Of a DNA stretch of 64,000 nt, positions 29,186-36,776 are shown in pieces (positions within the stretch are counted from its first letter, which is position 1; every line of letters begins with the position of its first letter). This stretch comes from an uncultured Hyphomicrobiales bacterium (GTDB taxonomy: Bacteria; Bacteroidota; Ignavibacteria; Kapaibacteriales; UBA2268): positions 7,300-71,299 of the forward strand of contig CAYVTD010000003.1 in NCBI GenBank assembly GCA_964454445.1, read 5' to 3'. Under the pieces are notes generated by a model that was not told the DNA's origin, did not search any database, and saw nothing but the letters and a program-made list of their open reading frames with translations. The position numbers and the translations under genes are program-made.

Positions 29186-31405
29186 ATGAAAAAGTTTCTT
29201 AAAACAACCGTTTTCATATTGATCTTTTTTTTGGCTTATTGCGATAATATCCCGGAGGAAAAGATATGGGAACTAAATGTAAATCCATTTATTGGCACTG
29301 GTTCCTGGAGCAACACTTTTCCAGGGGCGATTGCTCCTTGGGGTATGGTTTCGCTAAGCCCTCACAACACAAAGAAAAGGACTACCGGCTATCTTTTCGG
29401 CGAAAAATACATTAATGGCTTTGGGCATACGCACATTAGTGGCGCAGGTTGTGCTGACCTTGGAAGTGTCGTTATTATGCCTATGCTCGACAGAATATCT
29501 TTTAACCCAGATGAATACAAATCAACTTATGATAATGAAAATGCCGGGCCGGGTTACTATTCGTGCACACTAAAAAAGAATAAGATAAAAGCTGAAATGA
29601 GTTGCACCGAGCGTAGTGGCATTAGCAAATATATTTTTTTAAAAGGTGGCACTGCAATGATTGTCGTAGATGCCTCCCGGAGCTTGAGTTCTTTTTTGAG
29701 TGGCTCTGCTTGCATTGATAGCGACAATGAGATTTCTGGCTATAATGAATGTGGACCGTTTTGTCAAGATACCGTTAGAAGAAAAGTTTATTTTAATATA
29801 AATATTGAACCTAAGCCCGATTCCATACGTCTGTTTAAATCAGATAAGATAATTGCATCTAAAACGGTGAAAGGAAAGAATAAATTGCTCGGAGCGGCGA
29901 TTTTCTTGAAGGTTAAAGCCGCTGATTCGATTGTAATTAGAACGGGGATTTCTTACATTTCTGCAAAGAATGCAGCAATGAATTTGGCTTTTGAGCAAGG
30001 TAAGAAGTCTTTTCAAGAGATTAGAAAAGAAACTTTTGATAAATGGGAGAAATTACTATCAAGAATACAGGTGCGAGGTGGCAGTTCTGGCGAAAGGGTT
30101 AGTTTTTATACTGCATTATATCGTATGTGCCTTCATCCGAACATTATTTCAGATATAAATGGTGATTATATTAAATATGGGGGAGGCATTGGCAAGCTCG
30201 ATAGTGGTGTGCAGTATTCTGTTTTTTCACTTTGGGATACATATCGCACATTACACCCCTATCTAAGCTTGGTTTTTCCTGAAAAACAGCATGAAATGAT
30301 GCAATCATTGCTTAGAATGTATAAAGATGGCGGTTGGTTGCCAAAATGGGAGTTGGCAGGCAGGGAAACGATGATTATGGTTGGCGATCCTGCTGCGATT
30401 GTGCTAACTGATTCTTATCTGAAGGGGATAAAAAATATTGATACTCTGCTGTTGAAGGAAGCCCTCTTAAAAAACAGTAGTTTCCTTGATGGCAATGGTA
30501 AAAATTATATACGTAAAGGGCTGAAAGAATATCTTAAGTTTGGTTATATTCCCGAAGATTATAAAAAAGAGTTTGTGTGGGGTAGCGTTTGCACTTCGCT
30601 TGAATATTGCCTTGCTGATTATTGTATTTCAAGATATTTTAAAGAAACAGGCAATACGAGCCTTGCCGATGAGTATTTTTCCCGTTCTATGAATTATAAA
30701 CGACTATTTGATAAAGAAAGGGGGTTCTTCCGTCCAAAAACGAGTAAATGCAAATGGTTTGAGCCATTCGACGAGTATGCAACTTGTTGCAGTTTTGGGG
30801 GCAGTGGCTCTGGCGGTCCCGGTTTTGTCGAGGGTAATGCTTATAATTACAATTTTTTTGTCCCTTATGATATTCACAATATTATTAAATTAATGGGTGA
30901 AAACAGGTTTTTTCAACGGCTCGATTATATAATAGATGAGCAATATTCACTTTGGAACGAACACTCAATGGACTATCCCTATCTTTATGCTTTATTAGAT
31001 AAGAGTATAAGTACCAAATCAATTATTAATAATGAGAAAAAGACACAAAGAATAATTAGGGAGCTATTAAAAAAGAACTTCAAGAACAACCCGAAAGGTT
31101 TTCCCGGTCACGACGATACCGGTACGATGTCCGCATTTTATTTTTTTTCGGCAATAGGCATCTATCCTTATTGCCCTGCGAGTAACGAATACATTATTGG
31201 TTGCCCTCTTTTCGATAAAATCACCATCAGCTCGGATACTAATTATTATCCTTCTGATAAATTAATTATAAGCTCGGAAATGAATACATCTGAATCGTAT
31301 TATATCAAGCGGAAATATATAAACGGCAAGCAGTTTGATGGGAATATGGTAAGCCACAAAGTATTGACTGGGGGGAATGAGTTAAGGTTTGAGATGGGGA
31401 AGTAG
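29186..31405 (+). CDS. Glycoside hydrolase family 92 (alpha-mannosidase-like)
   Basis: N-terminal VNPFIGTGSWSNTFPGAIAPWGMVSLSP matches the GH92 signature VNPFIGTGG...FPGA..PFGMVQLSP. Signal peptide. Length 739 aa. Confidence 0.8.
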   Translation: MKKFLKTTVFILIFFLAYCDNIPEEKIWELNVNPFIGTGSWSNTFPGAIAPWGMVSLSPHNTKKRTTGYLFGEKYINGFGHTHISGAGCADLGSVVIMPMLDRISFNPDEYKSTYDNENAGPGYYSCTLKKNKIKAEMSCTERSGISKYIFLKGGTAMIVVDASRSLSSFLSGSACIDSDNEISGYNECGPFCQDTVRRKVYFNINIEPKPDSIRLFKSDKIIASKTVKGKNKLLGAAIFLKVKAADSIVIRTGISYISAKNAAMNLAFEQGKKSFQEIRKETFDKWEKLLSRIQVRGGSSGERVSFYTALYRMCLHPNIISDINGDYIKYGGGIGKLDSGVQYSVFSLWDTYRTLHPYLSLVFPEKQHEMMQSLLRMYKDGGWLPKWELAGRETMIMVGDPAAIVLTDSYLKGIKNIDTLLLKEALLKNSSFLDGNGKNYIRKGLKEYLKFGYIPEDYKKEFVWGSVCTSLEYCLADYCISRYFKETGNTSLADEYFSRSMNYKRLFDKERGFFRPKTSKCKWFEPFDEYATCCSFGGSGSGGPGFVEGNAYNYNFFVPYDIHNIIKLMGENRFFQRLDYIIDEQYSLWNEHSMDYPYLYALLDKSISTKSIINNEKKTQRIIRELLKKNFKNNPKGFPGHDDTGTMSAFYFFSAIGIYPYCPASNEYIIGCPLFDKITISSDTNYYPSDKLIISSEMNTSESYYIKRKYINGKQFDGNMVSHKVLTGGNELRFEMGK

Positions 31406-31452
31406 GTATCCCCCCAACCCCCCTTGCAAGCAAGGGGGGCTTTTTAATTAGC
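31406..31452 (+). repeat. Left terminal inverted-repeat element (GGTATCCCCCCAACCCCCCTTGCAAGCAAGGGGGGC...TTAATTAGC). Its hairpin plus T-run also serves as the GH92 terminator.
   Basis: Near-identical to the reverse complement of 34974..35018 (24 of 24 identical at the outer end). C6/G6 stem, loop TTGCAAGCAA, then CTTTTT. Confidence 0.8.
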
Positions 31453-31478
31453 TTGTCTTTAATATAATTAACAATAAA

Positions 31479-31659
31479 TCTCCCTCCCATGCTTGTAAGG
31501 GAGGGCAGGGGAGGGATAAAAAAAGACCCCCACCCATGCTTGCAAGGGAGGGCAGGGGAGGGATAAAAAAAGGCCCCCACCCATGCTTGTAAGGGAGGGC
31601 AGGGGAGGGATAAAAAAAGACTCCCTCCCATGCTTGTAAGGGAGGGCAGTGGAGGGATA
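31479..31659 (+). repeat. Tandem array of a 47-bp unit (3.85 copies). Each unit is a GC hairpin (CCCTCCC-N10-GGGAGGG), a G-quadruplex motif GGGAGGGCAGGGGAGGG, and an A7 tract.
   Basis: Units at 31479, 31526, 31573 and 31620 are 47 bp each and more than 90% identical. The minus-strand ORFs in this region encode repeated peptides and are artefacts. Confidence 0.9.
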
Positions 31660-31836
31660 CACTACGGAACATTATATTAATTAAGAATATCAGCTTTCCT
31701 GAAACAATCAAGATAGTCTGCCACAACACATTACAAAAATATACTCATTAGTAAATAATTTTTTATTAATTATGCACAAAGTTCCTTAAATTTGCCTTTT
31801 TATAGTTTAATGTAATGTAAAGTAAGGACAAAAGAA

Positions 31837-32733
31837 ATGCTGAATCAATTGATTATTAAAACGATGCCCTTAGTTCCGAAGTTTATGATCCATCAAGTAG
31901 CAAAGAAATATATTGCTGGCGATGTTTTGCAAGATGCAGTAAACAAAACTCTGGAGCTGCAGAAGGAAGGTGGCTGGTCAACTATCGATGTGCTTGGTGA
32001 GTTTGTTGATAACAAAGAGCGTGCTCTCCACGAAAAGGCGATGAGTTCGAAAGTGCTTGATGCAATTAATGATAATAAACTTCACTCGTATCTTTCCATA
32101 AAGCCGACATCGCTCGGACTGGGTATTGATGTAAAATTTTGCTATCTTAATATCAAGGAATTGCTCCAAAAGTCGAGGGAATTTGGCTTGAATGTGTGCA
32201 TAGATATGGAAAATTCGCCCTATACAGACAAAACTATCGATCTATATCGGCGTTTTCGCGACGAGGGTTTCGACAATGTTAGTATTGTAATCCAAGCGTA
32301 TATGCGGCGGAGCTATAAGGATATCGAATCTTTGTTGTCATACAAGCCATCAATACGTCTGTGCAAGGGCATTTACAAAGAAGCTCCCGAAATAGCATAC
32401 CAAGGAAAACAGGAAGTTCGCGATAATTACAAGAAATTATTTGAGTTGATTGTCGAGAATAAAATGTATATTGGCATAGCAACTCACGACGAAGAGCTGA
32501 TAAATTATGCTGAGGAGCGGATTAAAAGCTTAGGAATGAAGAAGGAAGAATACGAGTTTCAAATGTTGCTTGGCGTCAGGGAAGATAGAAGAAGCGAGCT
32601 TTTGCGCCAAGGGCATCATTTGCGGGTTTATGTGCCTTTTGGGGTCGATTGGTATGGCTACTCTACTCGTCGATTAAAAGAGAATCCACAAATTGCAGGA
32701 CATATTTTCAAAGCAATTTTTACGAATAAATAA
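31837..32733 (+). CDS. Proline dehydrogenase (monofunctional PRODH)
   Basis: 298 aa. TIM-barrel PRODH pattern (...IDVLGEFV..., RLCKGIY, YVPFG..WYGY). Confidence 0.75.
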   Translation: MLNQLIIKTMPLVPKFMIHQVAKKYIAGDVLQDAVNKTLELQKEGGWSTIDVLGEFVDNKERALHEKAMSSKVLDAINDNKLHSYLSIKPTSLGLGIDVKFCYLNIKELLQKSREFGLNVCIDMENSPYTDKTIDLYRRFRDEGFDNVSIVIQAYMRRSYKDIESLLSYKPSIRLCKGIYKEAPEIAYQGKQEVRDNYKKLFELIVENKMYIGIATHDEELINYAEERIKSLGMKKEEYEFQMLLGVREDRRSELLRQGHHLRVYVPFGVDWYGYSTRRLKENPQIAGHIFKAIFTNK

Positions 32734-32779
32734 GATTTTGATATTAAATAAGTTTTTTTTTAAATTAAGGAATAAAATA

Positions 32780-33124
32780 ATGGAAAAAATCAAGTTCACG
32801 GACAAGGGGAATTATGTAATTATGCATCTCGAGGGAAGTGTGGTATTTTTTGACAAAGATTTGAGTGAACTAAGGGCAAAAGTGAAAGAAATAGCAGAAG
32901 CAGGCAAGCATCTGCTAATTGATTTTATTTATGCTGAGTATATTGACTCATTTTTCCAAGGATTTCTCATCTATGCCAATTCGTTAATGCTAAAACAAGG
33001 GAAAAAATTAGTCCTTTATAATTACAATCACTATATAAGAGATACTTTTCGCATAACGAAGATAGACAGTATTTTAATGCTTGTTAATGACAATCTCGAA
33101 GCGTTGAAGGCTATTGGTGAATAA
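32780..33124 (+). CDS. STAS-domain protein (anti-sigma-factor antagonist-like)
   Basis: 115 aa from MEKIKF. SpoIIAA-like fold pattern with an IDS motif (IDSFFQG). Confidence 0.65.
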   Translation: MEKIKFTDKGNYVIMHLEGSVVFFDKDLSELRAKVKEIAEAGKHLLIDFIYAEYIDSFFQGFLIYANSLMLKQGKKLVLYNYNHYIRDTFRITKIDSILMLVNDNLEALKAIGE

Positions 33125-33125
33125 G

Positions 33126-34019
33126 ATGAAAAAGCTCGTTCCTGTTTTTTTATTATTGTGTCTTTTTGTTTTCAAAGGCTGCTCCGAGCAATCAAGATCA
33201 GAAGTTGATAGCAATCCTGGCAATGTTGTCATCGGTACTTTCAATGTGGAATGGCTTGGCGATGGAGTAAGAGATAGAGTGAAGCGAACTGAGAAAGACT
33301 ATAGTAACATATCTAAAATAATAAAAAAAACAGGCGCTGATATTATGGCTTTGCAAGAGGTTGAAAACTCAAAAGCTATGAAGAAACTTTTGAAATATCT
33401 TCCAGGATATAAATTTTACATAAGCAATGGTGGCAGCGCCCAAAAACTCGCTGTCGTTTATAAAAACACTGTAAAGATGGACCTGAAAGGCGATTATAAT
33501 CCCTTAATTGTAAAAAAGAGAGCAACACGGCCAGGGCTTCTTTTCGATGCCAAGAAAGGCAATTTCGATTTTAAGGTAATGGTTGTCCATTTCAAATCGA
33601 CTTCGCATTGGGATAATACGCCAGAAAAAAGGGCAATTAGCGTGGATTTGCGACGACAGCAAGCCGAGAAAGTAGCTGATTGGGTCAATTGGACATTAAA
33701 AAATAGCAAGGAAGAGGATTTGATTGTTGTCGGCGACTTCAACGACACTCCACAGCGCAAAAAAGAAGCAACGCTAACGCCAATGGAAAAAAGAGCAGGA
33801 CTTATATTCCTAACTAGAGATATGAAGAGTTGCAAGTTTAGCAGCTGGTTTGCCATTGACCATATTGCCGTAACAAAAAGTGCCTCGCTCAGGTTTACAA
33901 GCACCATGCCGCAAGTTCTCGATGTACATACCCTATTTTCAAAAGCAGAAGCCGGGAAAATCTCAGATCATTGTCCGATATATGCTGAGTTTGAAGTTAT
34001 TTCGCCTGATAATGATTAA
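33126..34019 (+). CDS. Endonuclease/exonuclease/phosphatase (EEP) family lipoprotein
   Basis: Lipobox LFVFKGC. EEP motifs GTFNVEW, LQEVEN, VVGDFNDTP and DHCPIYAEF. Confidence 0.75.
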   Translation: MKKLVPVFLLLCLFVFKGCSEQSRSEVDSNPGNVVIGTFNVEWLGDGVRDRVKRTEKDYSNISKIIKKTGADIMALQEVENSKAMKKLLKYLPGYKFYISNGGSAQKLAVVYKNTVKMDLKGDYNPLIVKKRATRPGLLFDAKKGNFDFKVMVVHFKSTSHWDNTPEKRAISVDLRRQQAEKVADWVNWTLKNSKEEDLIVVGDFNDTPQRKKEATLTPMEKRAGLIFLTRDMKSCKFSSWFAIDHIAVTKSASLRFTSTMPQVLDVHTLFSKAEAGKISDHCPIYAEFEVISPDND

Positions 34020-34121
34020 GGTTATTTCATCTGTCAAAGAAATAGTTTTGTCATTTTATTTTTTATGATTAATTTTAAAATTATTCAAAATCATATTAAA
34101 AAAAAGTTAAAGGAAAAAAAG

Positions 34122-34487
34122 ATGAAAGTGACAAACCAAAAGCCAGAATTTGAAGTAATCAAGAATGATGGTTATTCGACAGTTAATCTGAAAGGCACTT
34201 TTACCCGCAATGAGAAAGAGAATGAAGAATTAAGAGCAGTATTTCACAAACTTGCCAAAGAGGGAGAGAAAAAAATATTGCTGAGTTTCGCTGATGTAGC
34301 TTATATTGATTCTTCTTTTGTCGGTATTGTTTTATCTTGCAATTCTATTATTAGGAATTCGGGTGGAAAACTGGTAATATTTAATACTCCAGAATATATT
34401 CAATATATTATTAAAATTGCCAATTTAAGCACTGTAATGGACGTTTGCGAAACAGAAGCTCAAGCACTCGAAGTCCTAAAAGTATAA
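34122..34487 (+). CDS. STAS-domain protein (anti-sigma-factor antagonist-like), the second paralogue
   Basis: 121 aa from MKVTNQ. The DSS motif in ...VAYIDSSFVGIVLS is typical of the phosphorylatable serine region. Confidence 0.65.
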   Translation: MKVTNQKPEFEVIKNDGYSTVNLKGTFTRNEKENEELRAVFHKLAKEGEKKILLSFADVAYIDSSFVGIVLSCNSIIRNSGGKLVIFNTPEYIQYIIKIANLSTVMDVCETEAQALEVLKV

Positions 34488-34542
34488 AAGAACAGACAAA
34501 ATAGTTGATTATATTAAAATAATAAAAATAAGGAGTTACCAA

Positions 34543-34779
34543 ATGCCAGAACCCAAAATAGCACAAAAAGCCCCTTATGAAGTGGATTTAGAACCAGGGC
34601 TATATTGGTGGTGCGCCTGTGGCGAATCAAAAAACCAACCTTTTTGTGATGGTAGTCATGTCGGAACGGAATTCTTGCCGAAAGAATTTAGAATAACAGA
34701 AGAAAAAAAGTATTGGCTTTGCGGTTGCAAAAGAACCAAGAACGCGCCATATTGTGACGGAACGCATAATAAATTATAA
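34543..34779 (+). CDS. CDGSH iron-sulfur domain protein (two CDGSH motifs)
   Basis: Two motifs, CACGESKNQPFCDGSH and CGCKRTKNAPYCDGTH. A Shine-Dalgarno site AAGGAG lies upstream. Confidence 0.8.
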   Translation: MPEPKIAQKAPYEVDLEPGLYWWCACGESKNQPFCDGSHVGTEFLPKEFRITEEKKYWLCGCKRTKNAPYCDGTHNKL

Positions 34780-34781
34780 TG

Positions 34782-34934
34782 ATCCCTCCCCAGCCCTCCC
34801 TTGCAAGCAAGGGAGGGAGCTATAAATTGAACCGAGTTTGAGAGCAAGTGAGGGAGCTATAAATTGAACCGGGTAAGAGAGCAAGGGAGGGAGCTATAAA
34901 TTGAACCGGGTAAGAGAGCAAGTGAGGGAGGGAG
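34782..34934 (+). repeat. Right-hand repeat array: one inverted copy of the 47-bp unit (34782..34820), then three 37-bp tandem units (CTATAAATTGAACCGGGTAAGAGAGCAAG(G/T)GAGGGAG).
   Basis: The reverse complement of 34782..34820 aligns to the left-array unit (GCTCCCTCCCTTGCTTGCAAGGGAGGGCTGGGGAGGGAT vs ACTCCCTCCCATGCTTGTAAGGGAGGGCAGGGGAGGGAT). 37-bp units start at 34820, 34857 and 34894. Confidence 0.85.
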
Positions 34935-34973
34935 TAGGATTGCAAGCCGAGCTTGCAAGCAGTTGAGTGAAAG

Positions 34974-35018
34974 TTTTAATTAGCCCTTCTTGCATGCAAG
35001 GGGGGTTGGGGGGATACC
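34974..35018 (-). repeat. Right terminal inverted-repeat element, the partner of 31406..31452
   Basis: Reverse complement GGTATCCCCCCAACCCCCCTTGCATGCAAGAAGGGCTAATTAAAA, compared with left GGTATCCCCCCAACCCCCCTTGCAAGCAAGGGGGGCTTTTTAATTA. Confidence 0.8.
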
Positions 35019-35061
35019 AAAAGGGTTTTATCAGTTTCTTATATAAAACCGGCAAAGAATT

Positions 35062-35727
35062 ATGGCAATAGAAAACAAATTACAAATGGACGTAATTCTC
35101 GCTGACGACCACGAGGTCGTTAGAGCCGGTTTAAGGCGTCTGCTTTCCATCGACAAGTCGATTAATATTTTGGGTGAAGCTGCCAATGGAGAAGATGCTA
35201 TCGAGCTAGTAAGACTATACAAACCTCATCTAGCATTGCTCGATATTCTTATGCCCAAGATGAACGGTATCGAAGCCACAAAGAGAATAAAATCGGAGTT
35301 TAAAGATGTTCTAGTTGTTATGCTTACAGCATTCGAAGACTTCAACCATATTGAAAAGGCGCTAGCGGCTGGTGCTGATGGTTATCTTTCAAAAGATATT
35401 GCTGCGAAAGAACTTGTCTCGGCTATTCATAAGGCTAGCTTGGGCGAGAGAGTTTTCAGCAAATCAGTTCTTAGTTTGCTCCAAAGAAAATTTAAATCTG
35501 GCGACAGCGAAGAGGATCCTAATGTCATAACCATTTCAAAACGCGAACAAGAGATACTTAATCAGGTTGCTCTTGGAAAAACAAGTGAGGAAATAGCTGA
35601 TTTTCTAAATATCAGCACCCGAACTGTCCACAGCCATAGGGCTAATATAATGGAAAAACTTGGGATAAAGAACACTGCTGGCTTGGTCCGTTATGCCATC
35701 TTCAATGCCGAAGACTTAAAGAAATAA
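35062..35727 (+). CDS. Two-component response regulator, NarL/LuxR family (REC + HTH)
   Basis: REC domain with phospho-acceptor Asp (LLDILMP). C-terminal LuxR HTH ([44 protein letters not shown]). Confidence 0.85.
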   Translation: [221 protein letters not shown]

Positions 35728-35733
35728 TTTTTT

Positions 35734-36504
35734 ATGGATAAGGAAATTGAAAAGATTGCCGAAGTTGCCGCAATGCTTTGGCAGAAAAATTGGGCGGAAT
35801 GTAATGGAGGTAATATTTCTGTCAATTTGACTACTTGCATTGATGAGCGAATCTCCACTTCTGGAGCAAAAACGAAGTGTATTCCATTACAAGATAGTTA
35901 TCCAGAGCTTGCTAATAATGTTTTTTTTATTAGCGGAGCAGGCAAGCGAATGAGAGATCTAGCTAAAGACCCTCTCGGTTGCGGCTCGATTATTAAAATC
36001 AATTCAGGCGGGAAATCATATCATTTTTTACCTGAAAATGCGCCTGTTCCTAGCTCGGAATTTCCATCACATCTTGCAATACAACGTTGTTTTAAACAAA
36101 TAGGCAGTAAAAACAAAGCTGTATTGCATACCCATCCTACCGAGCTTGTCGCTCTTAGCCATTGCGAGCCATTTCTTGATGCTGAACTATTGACACAGAC
36201 GCTTTGGTCGATGATTCCCGAAGCTCAGATTATTGTGCCGAAGGGAATCGGCATTGTGCCTTATGAATTGCCCGGCTCGATAGAATTGGCTCACAGCACT
36301 ATCTGTCAACTTAAGAAATATGATGTTGTTCTGTGGGAAAAGCATGGTGTATTGAGTGTTGGAGAAGACATTATCCAATGTTTTGACTTTATAGATACGC
36401 TTAATAAATCAGCACAAATATATATTTTTGCCCACAGTGCTGGTTTTGTTCCCCAGGGCTTAAATCCCGAGCAATTAAAAGGGATAAAAGACAAATATTG
36501 TTAA
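35734..36504 (+). CDS. rhaD: Rhamnulose-1-phosphate aldolase-like class II aldolase
   Basis: Collinear matches to E. coli RhaD: WAECNGGNIS/W.ERNGGNL, FFISGAGKRMRD/F.VTGSGKFFRN, LHTHPTELVALS/MHCHATNLIALT, VVLWEKHGV/LVLWPFHGV. Confidence 0.7.
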   Translation: MDKEIEKIAEVAAMLWQKNWAECNGGNISVNLTTCIDERISTSGAKTKCIPLQDSYPELANNVFFISGAGKRMRDLAKDPLGCGSIIKINSGGKSYHFLPENAPVPSSEFPSHLAIQRCFKQIGSKNKAVLHTHPTELVALSHCEPFLDAELLTQTLWSMIPEAQIIVPKGIGIVPYELPGSIELAHSTICQLKKYDVVLWEKHGVLSVGEDIIQCFDFIDTLNKSAQIYIFAHSAGFVPQGLNPEQLKGIKDKYC

Positions 36505-36776
36505 TTCGAATAGTTTTTAATTAGAAAAACTATTATATTCTTGCTTTTAAGCTGCTTTGTCGTAGTATTTCACGTCATATTGTAGTATTTCAAATATTGT
36601 ATTAATAGTAAAAACTAAGAATTATTATCAAAATAAAATAAATCTGCATCATACCAACTTACTATGTGTATATTTGGTATATCAGTATTGTTATTATTAA
36701 TTTATTAATGGTTATAATAACTAATGCTATTAATTATAAAGAAATGAATTATTAAAATATATAGGTGGAGAACAAT

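Noticed and set aside
31479-31659. Possible CRISPR array
   Set aside because: The units are directly abutting 47-bp repeats with no unique spacers, and no cas genes are nearby.
31305-31729. Three overlapping minus-strand ORFs (108, 93 and 64 aa) encoding repeated peptides (PLQAWVGAFFYPSPALPCKHGWG...)
   Set aside because: They are translations of the 47-bp tandem DNA repeats, so the reiterated peptides are artefacts. There is no start context or codon-usage support.
31406-35018. Calling the inverted-repeat-bounded segment a transposon or IS
   Set aside because: No transposase, integrase or recombinase is encoded inside or adjacent, and no target-site duplication is evident. I report it as a repeat-bounded cassette only.
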